NCBI GenBank assembly: GCA_963787755.1
Contig: CAWBEG010000017.1
Location: 362-64,361, forward strand
Source of the DNA: Vicinamibacterales bacterium
Lineage (GTDB): Bacteria; Acidobacteriota; Vicinamibacteria; Vicinamibacterales; JAMQPK01
Length of the DNA: 64,000 nt
Direction of reading: 5' to 3'
Position numbers and translations under genes: made by a program. The notes under the pieces are model-generated. The model worked only from the letters and a program-made list of their open reading frames with translations. It searched no databases and was not told where the DNA came from. Shown here one piece after another: positions 1-9,674 of the stretch (within the stretch, counting starts at the first letter, position 1; every line of letters starts with the position of its first letter).

Positions 1-1074
1 TGATTGCTTACACGCCCGGAGGGATGGTCACCGGCCAGCTCGCGATCATCGGCACGCGGATGCCGCCTTCGTAGAGATCCCGCTTGATGCCGCGCAACGG
101 ACCAGAACTTTTGAAGAACACTGGATCGCCGCCCCCTTCCTGGTGCGGGCCGTTATCGCTCACGAACATCATCAAGGTGTTCCGCTCGATGCCGCGCGCG
201 CGCAGAAGATCGGCGAGCCGTGCCGATGTCGCGATCCATGCGCGTAATCATCGCGGCGAAGGCCGCATGCGGCTCCGGCTGCGAACGATACCCGAGCGAG
301 GGAAGCTCTGGACTGGCACCGGTGGGTCTGGCGTCAGCCTTCTGGTTCTCGAATGGCTTCTCGGGAAAACGGCCGCGTACCGCGGTCATCGCGTCTTCCG
401 GGGCGCGCAGCTCGGCGTGTGGCACCGTGTAGTTCAGATACACGAAGAACGGACGCGCATCACTTCGTTGGATGAAGGCCGCCGACTCCGCGGTGAACAG
501 ATCGTTGACGTAATCCTTGTCGAGATCGGTCGCGGCCCGTTCGCCATTTCGCCATAGATGATCGGTGTACTGGCGGTGGGCGTGACGATGATCGAGAAAG
601 CCGAAGGCGTGGTCGAATCCCTTGGCGATCGGGCATGCCGGTCGATCCCGGGGTACCCGAGACCCCATTTCCCGATCACGGCCGTCCGGTAGCCTGCATC
701 ACGCAGCATCTCTGCGATCGTGACATCTTCGGGCCGCAGCGGAATGTCGCCGTTTCCGCGAATCCATGCGTGGCCTGTGTGCAGTCCGGTCATCAGCGTC
801 GTCCGCGAGGGGGCACAGACCGTGCTGCCGGCATAGTATTCGGTAAAGCGGATACCTTCGCGGGCGAGGCGATCGAGCGACGGCGTCTGAACCGTGCCTG
901 TCCGTATGCACTGAGATCCCCATACCCGAGGTCGTCGGCCTGAATGAGCAGCACGTTCGGGCGCGAGGGGTTCTGCTGGCGACTCCCGACGGACGTCTCG
1001 CTGATGAGACCAGCGGCGAGGAGCACCATCAAAGCGACACGAAAGCGTAGTGCGGTCATACCGGCTCCTGTCAT
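1..1074 (-). pseudogene. Sulfatase (arylsulfatase family), frame-disrupted as sequenced; 3' end runs off the left edge
   Basis: Signal peptide [17 protein letters not shown] plus [20 protein letters not shown] (ORF 793..1173). [41 protein letters not shown] is in the frame of ORF 434..793. [27 protein letters not shown] is in ORF 153..668. RLADLLRARGIERNTLMMFVSDNGPH..GIKRDLYEGGIRVPMIASWP is in a further frame (about 20..215). At least four frame changes. Confidence 0.85.
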
Positions 1075-1075
1075 C

Positions 1076-1333
1076 TCACTGCCCGGACTGCTCACCATCA
1101 TCGAGGCGAAACGTTCCGAGTTCGGCCGATGCCAGGAGCGCACGAGCCTGCTCTTCATCGTCGGTGGACACAACCACGTGGACCATTCCCAGGCCGTCGA
1201 TGGTGAGCCCGTGGGTCTTCCGCAACGATTCGCCTCTCAACTCGCTGGAGATACCGGCGGCGGCCAGAAATCCCTGAATCTGCTGGGCGTGTATCTCACC
1301 GCCGGCCGTAAACACACGAATCTCATCCTGCAT
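1076..1333 (-). CDS. Small DUF2007-like protein (putative signal-transducing protein family)
   Basis: ORF 1076..1369 trimmed to the ATG at 1333 (MQDEIRVFTAGGEIHAQQIQGFLAAAGISSELRGE...). This ATG overlaps the reconstructed stop of the upstream GNAT gene. Confidence 0.55.
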   Translation of the reverse strand: MQDEIRVFTAGGEIHAQQIQGFLAAAGISSELRGESLRKTHGLTIDGLGMVHVVVSTDDEEQARALLASAELGTFRLDDGEQSGQ

Positions 1334-1888
1334 ACAATCCCCCATCGATTCGCTTTGCCATGCGGGCAAGCGGAACGGTCACGCCCTTTGACGTCGGCAC
1401 TTCGAGCCGCTCGACGATTGAGAAGCCGCACGCCCTGTAGAGAGGCTCGCCCGCGACGGTGGCACCTAGTTCGAGTGAGCAAAACCCTCCCGCGCGGCCG
1501 CAGCCTCACACAACGACAGCACGAGCCGCCCGATGCCGCGTCGCGCGAAATCCGGGTGCGTGTACATGGCGCGCACGCGGGCGGGCTCGGTCGCGGGATC
1601 GAGTGGTCGCGCGTCACGTCCTGCCCGATGATCCCCGCCGAACAGCGTTGCCCGCCGGCCCCAGCCACCGCAACCCGCGATTCGACCGTCGCACTCGACG
1701 ACAAAATAGGTTCCGTCCTCGATGAGCTGCGTATCGACGCCCATGAGCTCGAACGACGCATCGACTCGCGCCGGGTCCAGGTACGCTCCGAGGAGTGTTC
1801 GTATCGACGCGTCCATCAAGGCTCGGAGCTCGGGCAATTCGGCCAACGTCGCGAGACGATGAGAGAGGTGTGCCGCAACGTCACTCAT
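1323..1888 (-). pseudogene. GNAT family N-acetyltransferase, one frame change near 1470
   Basis: ORF 1466..1888 (..YFVVECDGRIAGCGGWG..MYTHPDFARRGIGRLVLSLCEAAAAREGF) stops at 1466. The expected C-terminus LELGATVAGEPLYRACGFSIVERLEVPTSKG.. continues in another frame to the TGA at 1323..1325. Confidence 0.8.
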
Positions 1889-1899
1889 GACTGGAGCCT

Positions 1900-2376
1900 T
1901 TATACATGGAGAGGCAGCTCAAAGCATACGCTCGTCGGATCGTTCTCATGTGCGCTGTAGGCCGCGATTCGATAAAACCCAAAACCTTCGTAGAGCGCCA
2001 TCGCCTGCGCCTGCTTGTTCCCCGTTTCCAGCCGCAGCCTCTCGTAGCCCAGCCGCCGCGCTTCCGCGACCAGATGCGAGAGCACGGCGCGGCCGATTCC
2101 GTGCCCTCTGTGGTCGTGCCGGACGAACATGCGCTTTACTTCGGCCGTGACACGGTCGATCTCCCGCAGTGCGCCGCACGCGACCGGTTGCTGATCGAGA
2201 TACGCGACGAGGTACACGTCGCGCGCACCCAACGGAGCATTCACCGGCCACGGTCGGTCCGGCGGAAGGACATCGTCATACATCGCGCGCACTTCCACCG
2301 CCGCCTCGCGAAGCAGCGACAGCGCGACCTTTCCTTGAGGATCGACGTCTACGATACGGAGATTGGTAAATGTCAT
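1900..2376 (-). CDS. GNAT family N-acetyltransferase
   Basis: MTFTNLRIVDVDP..YLVAYLDQQPVACGALREI..RMFVRHDHRGHGIGRAVLSHLVAEARRLGYERLRLETG..ALYEGFGF. The ATG at 2376 forms an ATGA overlap with the upstream HAD stop. The longer ORF (to 2625) has an Arg-rich, non-protein-like N-terminus. Confidence 0.85.
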   Translation of the reverse strand: MTFTNLRIVDVDPQGKVALSLLREAAVEVRAMYDDVLPPDRPWPVNAPLGARDVYLVAYLDQQPVACGALREIDRVTAEVKRMFVRHDHRGHGIGRAVLSHLVAEARRLGYERLRLETGNKQAQAMALYEGFGFYRIAAYSAHENDPTSVCFELPLHV

Positions 2377-3034
2377 GGGAGCGCGAGACCGATAACATCG
2401 CGCGAATTCTCGAGAAAGGCAACTGCGCCAGACCGGGGGCGCGCCACAAACCATCCCGCCTGCGCGGCGCGCAACCCGGCGCGCTCGGCGCCGGCTAATT
2501 CGTCGTCGCCGCCGTCGCCAATATATAAAGTGTCTGCCGGGTTCACACCCAGCTGTTCGATCGCATTCAAATAGATCCGAGGATCGGGCTTGACGCAACC
2601 GGCGGCGAAGGAAAACACCGCGCACGAGAACAGCGGCGCAAACGCAGAGCTCGGCCAGGCCACCACATCCTCAGCCATGCAATTGCTGATCGTCGCAAGC
2701 TGCACGCCGCGGCGATGAAGGTCGCGCGTCACGGGCGACTATTTCAGCGTCGATCTTCTGAAATACCTCTGCGTTCGCCCGAACTCCGATCGTCGCATGC
2801 GCGCTGCACGAGGTCAGCAGAGATCGCCACGCCCAGCCGTGCGCCGACCTCGACGAGCGCCTGTTGAAACGTCAGCTGACCGCAGAGCGCGAGGGGCCGC
2901 AGCTGCTTCCATTCGCGGCGATAGGCGGCCGCATCGAGCCCGAGCGATTCGCCCAGCGCGCCGGCGCGCGGGACCGCGGTTCCGGACTGGGTGACCAGGG
3001 TCTCGTAGAGATCGAACACGACAGCCTTGACCAT
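2373..3034 (-). pseudogene. HAD-superfamily hydrolase, two frame changes (about 2785 and 2735)
   Basis: N-terminal motif I MVKAVVFDLYETLV (ORF 2744..3094). C-terminal part ..ATISN..PDPRIYLNAIEQLGVNPADTLYIGDGGDDELAGAERAGL (ORF 2373..2732). The connecting segment IGVRANAEVFQKIDAEIVA reads only in the third frame. Confidence 0.8.
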
Positions 3035-3107
3035 CGACGGGCTAGACGGTAGCGCATTAGCCCTTCTTCCCCAAAACGTCGCATTGGTTGTCAAAGGAGA
3101 TCAACTG

Positions 3108-3533
3108 ATGTTGACCGACAGAGAGAAAGTGCTTGTGCAGCAAAGCTTTGCGCTCGTCCTCCCGATTGCCGATGATGCCGCCGCGCTGTTTTACCGGCGG
3201 CTGTTCGAGCTGGATCCCTCCCTCGAGCGGATGTTCAGGGGCGACATGTCCGAGCAGCGCAAGAAGCTGATGCAGATGCTCACCGCGGCCGTGAAGGGTC
3301 TCGACCGCCTGGAGCAGCTCGTGCCGGTCGTCGAAGATCTCGGACGTCGGCATGCCGGGTACGGCGTCGCGGACGCGCACTACGACACGGTTGGCGCCGC
3401 GCTGCTGTGGACGCTCGAAAAGGGGCTCGGACAGGCGTTCACACCAGAGGTGCAGGACGCATGGGTCGCCGTGTATGGACTGCTCGCCGGCACGATGAAG
3501 AATGCGGCGAAGGAATCACTTGTCGGAGCGTGA
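3108..3533 (+). CDS. Single-domain globin (sensor/protoglobin-like family)
   Basis: The ATG at 3108 is preceded by AAAGGAG. MLTDREKVLVQQSFALVLPIADDAAALFYRRLFELDPSLERMFRGDMSEQRKKLMQML..GRRHAGYGVADAHYDTVGAALLWTLEKGLG.. Confidence 0.8.
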   Translation: MLTDREKVLVQQSFALVLPIADDAAALFYRRLFELDPSLERMFRGDMSEQRKKLMQMLTAAVKGLDRLEQLVPVVEDLGRRHAGYGVADAHYDTVGAALLWTLEKGLGQAFTPEVQDAWVAVYGLLAGTMKNAAKESLVGA

Positions 3534-4858
3534 TTCTTGAATTGGAAGACGCAGGTTCTCCGACCGGCCGTCTCTCCACTCGACCGCAAGCCGGCCGTCC
3601 TCGCCGAAACAAAGGGTGCTGACGGGACTGGAGCGTCGCTCGAACGTCACGAGGATCCTGCCGGTGCGCGCGTCGATGACGCTGATGGTGCCGCTGGCGA
3701 GGCCTATGGCGAGCAGGCGCTCGTCGGTGCTCGTCGTTGAGACCACATCGGCGGCGCTGGTCCGGCGCCCTTCGAGGAATGCTCGAAGGTCGCTGCGCAT
3801 GTCCGCCGCAGACTCATAACGCGCTTCGCGCTCGCGTGCCATCGCGCGGGCGACAATCTGTGCGAGCGATTCATCAACGAGCTCGGCGGCGGCACCCAGG
3901 CGAGGCGTCTCGCTCTGAAGAATCCGCTGGACGGCTTCGACGAGAGGCAGGCCGGTGATGTCGAACGGTAACCGTCCAGCGATGAGCCGGAACAGGAGCA
4001 CGCCCATCGCATACACGTCGCTGCGCCTGTCGAGTCGGCGATCGCTCCCCGCAATTGCTCGGGGCTCATGAACGCGAGCGTGCCGATGATCTGGCCGTGC
4101 GACGTGTGCACACCCGACTGCACGTCGAGCCCAGTCGCGCGGGCGATGCCGAAATCGAGAATCTTCGGCCATCCATCTTCGGTCACCAGCACGTTGGCCG
4201 GCTTCAGGTCGCGGTGAATCACGCCGCGCTCGTGCGCATGGTGAATCGCCTCGCACACTCTGCCCATGAGCTCGACGCATTCTGCGACAGTGGATCCGCG
4301 GGCCTGTACGTATTCCGTAATGGGCGGACCCGATATGAGCTCCATCACCAGGTGCGCCGGCGCCTGGCGATCTCCCGGATGAAACGCAAACACCTGCGCA
4401 ATCCCCTGGTGCTGCAGCCGCCCGAGCACCTCGGCCTCGCGCTCGAACCGTTTGACGATCTCGGGATGACGGAATCCACGCCGGAGCACTTTGATGGCGA
4501 CGGTGCGCCTCGGCCGATCCTGCTGCGCGGCGTACACGACCCCCATGCCGCCGGATCCGATCGCATGCAGCACCAGGAACTGGCCGAGCGGCGTGCCCGG
4601 TTGAAGCGGGCCGTCGACGGCGTTCATATCGAGCGTCGGGATCGTCGCAGGATCAAGGAACCCGTCTTCCGGACTCATGCAGCGCCTGAAGGAGGGCCTC
4701 GACGTCGGCGCGCAGGCGCGCATCGTCGCCGCAGCGTTCGTGAACGAGCGCGTCACGATCGTCCGGGCCGAGATCGGCCAGAGAGAGAAATATTTCTTCG
4801 GCGGGATTGATCGCGCGGGCCTGCCCGCCGAAGCCGAGTCGCGAAGGCGGGCGCTCAT
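3516..4858 (-). pseudogene. Ser/Thr protein kinase (partner of the ECF sigma factor), about three frame changes
   Basis: The ATG at 4858 forms an ATGA overlap with the sigma-gene stop. The anti-sigma-like N-terminal motif AINPAEEIFLSLADLGPDDRDALVHERCGDDARLRADVEALLQALHE is in the frame of ORF 4653..4985. The kinase core GSGGMGVVYAA..AIKVL..HRDLKPANVLV..DFGIA..GTLAFMSPEQ is in ORF 3704..4930. The remainder SDVYAMGVLLFRLIAGRLPF.. is in ORF 3516..4280. Confidence 0.85.
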
Positions 4859-5427
4859 GCTTCGCCGCCGGCGGGCGGCGTCTCGGGCGGACCCAGCTGC
4901 CGGTACAGCCATGCGCGGGCAAACGCCCATTCGTTCTTGATCGTGGCAGGAGACAAGTCGAGCGCCTTCGCGGTTTCCTCGACACTCAGGCCGGCGAAAT
5001 ATCGCAGCGTCACGATTTTCGCTTTGCGGGGATCCATCTTCTCGAGCTGCGTCAGGGCTTCGTCCACCGCCACAAGATCGTCGAGTGCAGGATCGGCGCG
5101 CAACATGGCCTCATCCAGCTCGACGTGTTCTCCGCCGGCGCCGTGCTTGATCCTCTGATAATGGCGGGCGCGCTCCACGAGAATTCGCCTCATGGCCAGT
5201 GCGGCGGCGGCGAAAAAATGCCCGCGGCGATCCCACTGCTGGGCCGGTCGAGTTCCGGAGACGCGGAGATACGCCTCGTGCACGAGCGCCGTCGGTTGCA
5301 GTGTCTGGTGCTGCTGCCGCTCGCGCGCCAAGCGGGCCTTCGCGAGCTTGCGGAGTTCGTCATAGACTTCCGGGAGCAGCTCGCCAGCCGTTCCGCTTTT
5401 TCCATCAGAGTCGGTGGGGACGGTCAT
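4855..5427 (-). CDS. ECF-type RNA polymerase sigma-70 factor (kinase-associated ECF group)
   Basis: LLPEVYDELRKLAKARLARERQQHQTLQPTALVHEAYLRV (region 2) and VTLRYFAGLSVEETAKALDLSPATIKNEWAFARAWL (region 4). Translationally coupled to the downstream kinase. Confidence 0.85.
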   Translation of the reverse strand: MTVPTDSDGKSGTAGELLPEVYDELRKLAKARLARERQQHQTLQPTALVHEAYLRVSGTRPAQQWDRRGHFFAAAALAMRRILVERARHYQRIKHGAGGEHVELDEAMLRADPALDDLVAVDEALTQLEKMDPRKAKIVTLRYFAGLSVEETAKALDLSPATIKNEWAFARAWLYRQLGPPETPPAGGEA

Positions 5428-5444
5428 GCGAAAGCGGCGTCATT

Positions 5445-5892
5445 ATGACACCCGAAGCGATCTCGCGCATCAGAAGCAGCTTTTCCGAGATTTCATCCGA
5501 GCCTCGCGCGCTCGCGTCGCGTTTTTACACCGAGCTATTCGCCGCGGCGCCTCAGCTGCGCACGCTCTTTCCCACCGATCTCACATCGCTGCAGGGACAT
5601 TTCGAGGCAGCGCTCGCGCTGGTGACCAGGAATCTGGAAGAGATGCACACGCTCGAACAGCCCCTGCGCGATCTCGGCGCCCAGCACGTACATTGGGGCG
5701 CCAAGCCCGAGGATTACTGATCGTCCGCGAAGCCTGATCCGCGCCATCCGCCTCTCCTCGCCGGCGTGGACCGACACGCTCGAGCGCGACTGGCGCTGCG
5801 CGATCACAGATATTGCCGTGCCGATGCTCAGGGTGCGGCCGTCTACACGGCGATGATGGCCGAGCGGCTTTCCGAGGAATGCCCATCATTGA
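5445..5892 (+). pseudogene. Second single-domain globin-like protein, three frame changes (about 5717, 5733, 5832); 3' end uncertain
   Basis: ATG at 5445: MTPEAISRIRSSFSEISSEPRALASRFYTELFAAAPQLRTLFPTDLTSLQGHFEAALALV..LGAQHVHWGAKPEDY. It then continues as LIVREA / LIRAIRLSSPAWTDTLERDWRCAITDIAVPML / GAAVYTAMMAE in alternating frames. Colinear with the globin at 3108. Confidence 0.65.
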
Positions 5893-6500
5893 TGACGTCG
5901 TGGCACGAAGCGCCCGGTTCGTTCCATGTACTGTTGATAGGTGCCGCCAAATCGCGCCACCAGGTTGGCTTCTTCGGTGCGCGTTCTCACGATCAGTATG
6001 CACAACAGCCCGAGGCCGGTTGCAAAGAAAAACCAGTTCGCCGCAACGAGTGACATCGCCACGACGAGCAGGCCCGCAGAGGTGTACAGCGGATGGCGGA
6101 TCCATCGATAGGGGCCGTGCACGACCAGCGTATGTTTCTCCCGCGTGACGACGGTATCGGTCAGATTTTTTCCGAGCGTTCGGAAGGTCCACACGAGCAA
6201 CGCGGATCCGGCAAAGAGCGCAACGACGCCAGTCCACCTCGACCAGAGCGGTAAGGACACAGAAGACCACGCCATCCACCGAGGATTGATCATCCAGGCG
6301 AACACGGCGAACCAGAACACAGCGCCCAGGGGACGCAGCGTCGCCAGGATGAACACGCCCTCCTGCCTTCGATCGAGCTTCTCTCCTGTCGATTGCGAGT
6401 CAAGCCTGTGGTACATGCCGATGGGAAGCAGCACCAGCATCACAGCGATCAGCACGGCTCGCAGCGTTGATTCGTCGTTCATGTCGATCTGCGCCCCCAT
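5886..6500 (-). CDS. Isoprenylcysteine carboxyl methyltransferase (ICMT/PEMT-like) family membrane protein
   Basis: C-terminal ~200 aa of ORF 5886..7328. Multiple TM helices, then ..VVHGPYRWIRHPLYTSAGLLVVAMSLV..TRTEEANLVARFGGTYQQYMERTGRFVP. Candidate starts are ATG 6500 or 6482. Confidence 0.75.
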   Translation of the reverse strand: MGAQIDMNDESTLRAVLIAVMLVLLPIGMYHRLDSQSTGEKLDRRQEGVFILATLRPLGAVFWFAVFAWMINPRWMAWSSVSLPLWSRWTGVVALFAGSALLVWTFRTLGKNLTDTVVTREKHTLVVHGPYRWIRHPLYTSAGLLVVAMSLVAANWFFFATGLGLLCILIVRTRTEEANLVARFGGTYQQYMERTGRFVPRRHQ

Positions 6501-6534
6501 GTGGACCGTGATTTCATCAGATCCTTCGCGTTCG

Positions 6535-7480
6535 TCAGCGGAGCTCGGCCAGTTCGTCATCAGGCGCTTCAGTGTCGAGACCAGCTTCGACGTGTCGCTG
6601 CCGAGCAGTGTGTAGAGATCGTGGAGCATCGGATAGTGCCGCGTGTAGGTGCGATCGAACGCAAGGCCGGCGTTGTTCATGGCGGCCGGGCACTTGTTGA
6701 ACGACACCGGTTCCGGCGCAATCTCCGCGCAGGAACGCTGCAGCTCGGCGAACAGCCCGGCCTTTCTCTCGAGCGTTTGTGCCGGCGTGAGCGCGCCGGA
6801 TCCGAAATCGCGGTACAGGCCTCGAACCTTCTCGTAATACTCGTTTACGATGACCGACTTCCGCAGAAAAAGATCGGCGTCACGCGCGAGCATGCGGGCC
6901 GTCGGTGAGTCGGCGCCGAATCGATCGTTCGCGAACCCGCTCGCCGTCAGAAACCCCACCAGGGTCGCCGCAGCCTCGGCGACCTCGGTCGGCGCTTTCC
7001 GCGCCTCCTGCTGATTGTGAAAGTCTTCGTGCGGCACGACGACGAGCAGCCGCTCGGTCGGCGCCTCGGCGAGCGAGACCGTGATCGTCTCTTCACCGCT
7101 CGCAACGGCCTGTACCGGATAGAAGAAGACGTCGTGCTCCTCGCCTCGCGCGGCGCAGCGCTCTCCGTCTTCTCGAACCATGCGGAGCGCGCTGTAGAAC
7201 TCAGGCAACTGCAGTTTCCCGGTGAAATAACAGCGGTTATCAGAGGTGTGTTGAGCCGACTGCCGAAGGAAGTTGTCGGTCGCGTGTCCTCCGAGCGTGA
7301 CCGCGAAGTCCTTGACCTCGGCAATCACCTCCGCGGCAACGAAGTGAGACGTCGCGGTGGCCGCGGAGACGCGGCATCACATTGGGGCGCGGTGTTCGCC
7401 GAACAGCCAACGGCGGCCGCCACGACCGCATATGCGCCGCCGATGCGAACGGCCCGAATGGCGTAGAGCCATGGAGACAT
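6535..7480 (-). pseudogene. Lipoprotein with an HExxH motif (possible zinc peptidase/aminopeptidase-like); frame change near 7360; 3' boundary uncertain
   Basis: ATG 7480 gives MSPWLYAIRAVRIGGAYAVVAAAVGCSANTAPQ (lipobox). This joins the frame of ORF 5886..7328 (..EVIAEVKDFAVTLGG..LLVVVPHEDFHNQQ..). An alternative frame gives a natural end ..DDELAELR at TGA 6535..6537. As sequenced, the frame instead runs straight on into the ICMT-like gene. Confidence 0.5.
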
Positions 7481-7504
7481 GGAGACCGGCGATGCTAACA
7501 CGGG

Positions 7505-8335
7505 TCAGCGAAGATCGGCGCGCGGGCGGCTGCTGGCGCGAAGCTCCCGAATCTGCGTCGTCGCGTCCTCGATCTGCATCTCGAGAATACGCCTGCCGAA
7601 CAGCGCTGTGGCTTTCGCCGGGTTGCCGGTGTGCCCCTGGCCGTCACCGGATTTGCCCACCACCATCTTGTCGAATCGCAGCATCGACGGATTGATGTAC
7701 ATCAGGCTCGACGTGTCGTGCGTGCCGGCGTGCGAGCCGACATCCTCGGCGCTGACGCCCTGACTGACGACCCAGTCGTCTCCGCGTCCAGGGTAATACG
7801 CCGTAATGTGATGGACGCGCACCGGCGTCGGCGCCCATTCCTTGTTCAGCGCGGCGGCGACGAGCCGCTGCCCTTCCTGATTGCCGCCGCTGTCGCCGAT
7901 CAGCACGACATCGAGGAAGCCGTGCTGCTTGAAGCTTCGCGCGGCATACTCCAGCACCTTGACGAACACGTCCTGCGGTGTCGTGATGGTGCCGGCGTAG
8001 CGCATGTGGCCGGTCGGCGGATCGACATCCCCCTCGGGCACGTACGCCACCACAGGTGCGACGAGTGCGTTCCCGAGGCGCGCGGCGATCTCGCCCGCTT
8101 TGTACTTGACGAGAAAATTGTGCTTCCCGAGCACGAGGTGCGGCCCGTTCTGCTCGGTGCCGCCCGTCGGGATGATGACCGTCGTTTTGCCGCCGGCAAT
8201 GGCGTCGCGCACTTCGATCCACGTGAGCTCTTCGAGGAACACGCTGCCGGGCTGCGGCAGCGAGGGGGCCTGCGAAAATGCGGAGGACCCCGTCCAGACG
8301 AGCGCGATAAGCGTCAGAAGCTGCAAAGCTTTCAT
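7505..8335 (-). CDS. Creatininase (creatinine amidohydrolase) family protein with signal peptide
   Basis: MKALQLLTLIALVWTGSSAFSQA then ..VIIPTGGTEQNGPHLVLGKH..VAPVVAYVPEG..VVLIGDSGGNQ..GSHAGTHDTS.. Intact 276 aa. Confidence 0.8.
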   Translation of the reverse strand: MKALQLLTLIALVWTGSSAFSQAPSLPQPGSVFLEELTWIEVRDAIAGGKTTVIIPTGGTEQNGPHLVLGKHNFLVKYKAGEIAARLGNALVAPVVAYVPEGDVDPPTGHMRYAGTITTPQDVFVKVLEYAARSFKQHGFLDVVLIGDSGGNQEGQRLVAAALNKEWAPTPVRVHHITAYYPGRGDDWVVSQGVSAEDVGSHAGTHDTSSLMYINPSMLRFDKMVVGKSGDGQGHTGNPAKATALFGRRILEMQIEDATTQIRELRASSRPRADLR

Positions 8336-8408
8336 TGGAGGGTTCCCTTCCTGGAAATGGCGTTATGAGGCATGTGCCTTGCGTCAGTTTTGTTCAGGAG
8401 CGTGGAAA

Positions 8409-8630
8409 ATGCCAACCGGCGACAAAGATAAATACACCGACAAGCAGAAGCGTCAGGCGGAGCACATCGAAGAAGGATACGAAAAACGCGGCGTGCCCGA
8501 AGACGAAGCCGAACGGCGCGCATGGGCGACGGTAAACGCAGTTCACCACGGTGGTGAGAAGCCCGGCGGCGGTGGCTACGGCCGGCGCGAGAATCATGAG
8601 CCGATGCGCAAGGGCGGAAAGAAACGCTGA
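8409..8630 (+). CDS. Small conserved basic/acidic protein, function unknown
   Basis: ATG 8409: MPTGDKDKYTDKQKRQAEHIEEGYEKRGVPEDEAERRAWATVNAVHHGGEKPGGGG.. I recognise the KYTDKQKRQAEHIEE..RAWATVN pattern from small stress/plasmid-associated proteins of unclear function. Confidence 0.6.
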   Translation: MPTGDKDKYTDKQKRQAEHIEEGYEKRGVPEDEAERRAWATVNAVHHGGEKPGGGGYGRRENHEPMRKGGKKR

Positions 8631-8771
8631 GTCGCGTCAGCGTGATTTCTTCGCTTTCTTTCTGCTGCCGCCCGGCCAGCACACTGGACAGGGACCATCA
8701 TGATACTTGTGTCCGCGATTACAGGTTTTCCAGCCGCCGCGATTGGGCTTCGCCACACCATTCTCCTCGCG

Positions 8772-9155
8772 TCAGTCGACCTTCGTCGCTATCCACCACG
8801 TTGTGCCGCCTGCGTCCTTCACACCGCCGCGTTTGTCGGCATCCTCTTTTTTCACCGGCGCTTGCACTGATATTGCTCCCGCCTCGAGAGCGCGCCTGTA
8901 TGTCGCGTCGACATCGGGGACGTAGACATGGACGTAAGTCGGGACCGGCGGCCACCCGCTGGCGCCATCCGCGATCATTACGACGGTGTCGTCAATGCGA
9001 ACCTCCGCGTGCATGATTTTTCCGGTGGGGTCCGGGAACCGGCGAAGCTCGATGGCGCCAAAGACGTTGCGAAGAAACTCAATTGTGGCGCTCGCCCCAT
9101 CGACAATCAGGTAAGGAGAAACAGTCGTGTAGCCATCTGGTTTGTACAACGTCAT
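8772..9155 (-). CDS. VOC/glyoxalase-family (PhnB-like) protein
   Basis: ATG 9155: MTLYKPDGYTTVSPYLIVDGASATIEFLRNVFGAIELRRFPDPTGKIMHAEVRIDDTVVMIADG..YVHVYVPDVDATYRRALEAGA..GGVKDAGGTTWWIA. Confidence 0.8.
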   Translation of the reverse strand: MTLYKPDGYTTVSPYLIVDGASATIEFLRNVFGAIELRRFPDPTGKIMHAEVRIDDTVVMIADGASGWPPVPTYVHVYVPDVDATYRRALEAGAISVQAPVKKEDADKRGGVKDAGGTTWWIATKVD

Positions 9156-9659
9156 GAGGAAAGCATACACTCGGGCCGTTACCAGCAACTGCCCCACATG
9201 CCGCTGGGCGTGCTCGGCTGCATGAAAAAGCAGTCCTAACACTGTCGACGGCAACTGCTTGCGACCTACCGCGCGTGCCTCGGTCATAGTGGACGGTGGC
9301 AACTCGCGGAGCTGATCCAACGCGCGCTCCACCTGCGCATCAAGGGCATCGAGCAAATCATCGACACCGCCGCGCGATTCCGGCTTTTGGCCCTCGAGGG
9401 CGAGTGTCTCCTGCTGTTCCCTGGACAGTGACTCGCCGCGCGCGTATGTGAACAGGCGGTCGACCACTCCGGTGACGTGTTGGAGGTGAAAGCCGACGGA
9501 GGCGAGGCCGGCCGGACGATTCCAGAGCAGCTCCGCCGGGAAATTCTGCAACAGAGCGCGTGCTTCTTCTCTGGCCTGCAAGAGCGCGTGCGCAACCGGC
9601 TGCAGGAGATCCGGCACTCCCTTGACCGGCCCGCGAAGCCACGCCTCCGGCGATGTCAT
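9156..9659 (-). CDS. DinB-family (DinB_2) protein; no stop before the VOC gene as sequenced
   Basis: MTSPEAWLRGPVKGVPDLLQPVAHALLQAREEARALL..FHLQHVTGVVDRLFTYARG..LLFHAAEHAQRHVGQLLVTARV. It runs in frame into MTLYK.. of the VOC protein (ORF 8772..9659). Confidence 0.7.
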
Positions 9660-9674
9660 CTGGCTATCGTCACG

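Noticed and set aside
5199-5444. N-terminal extension of the second globin ORF (start at 5199)
   Set aside because: The extension overlaps the sigma-factor gene on the opposite strand and is Arg-rich. The globin homology begins at the ATG at 5445.
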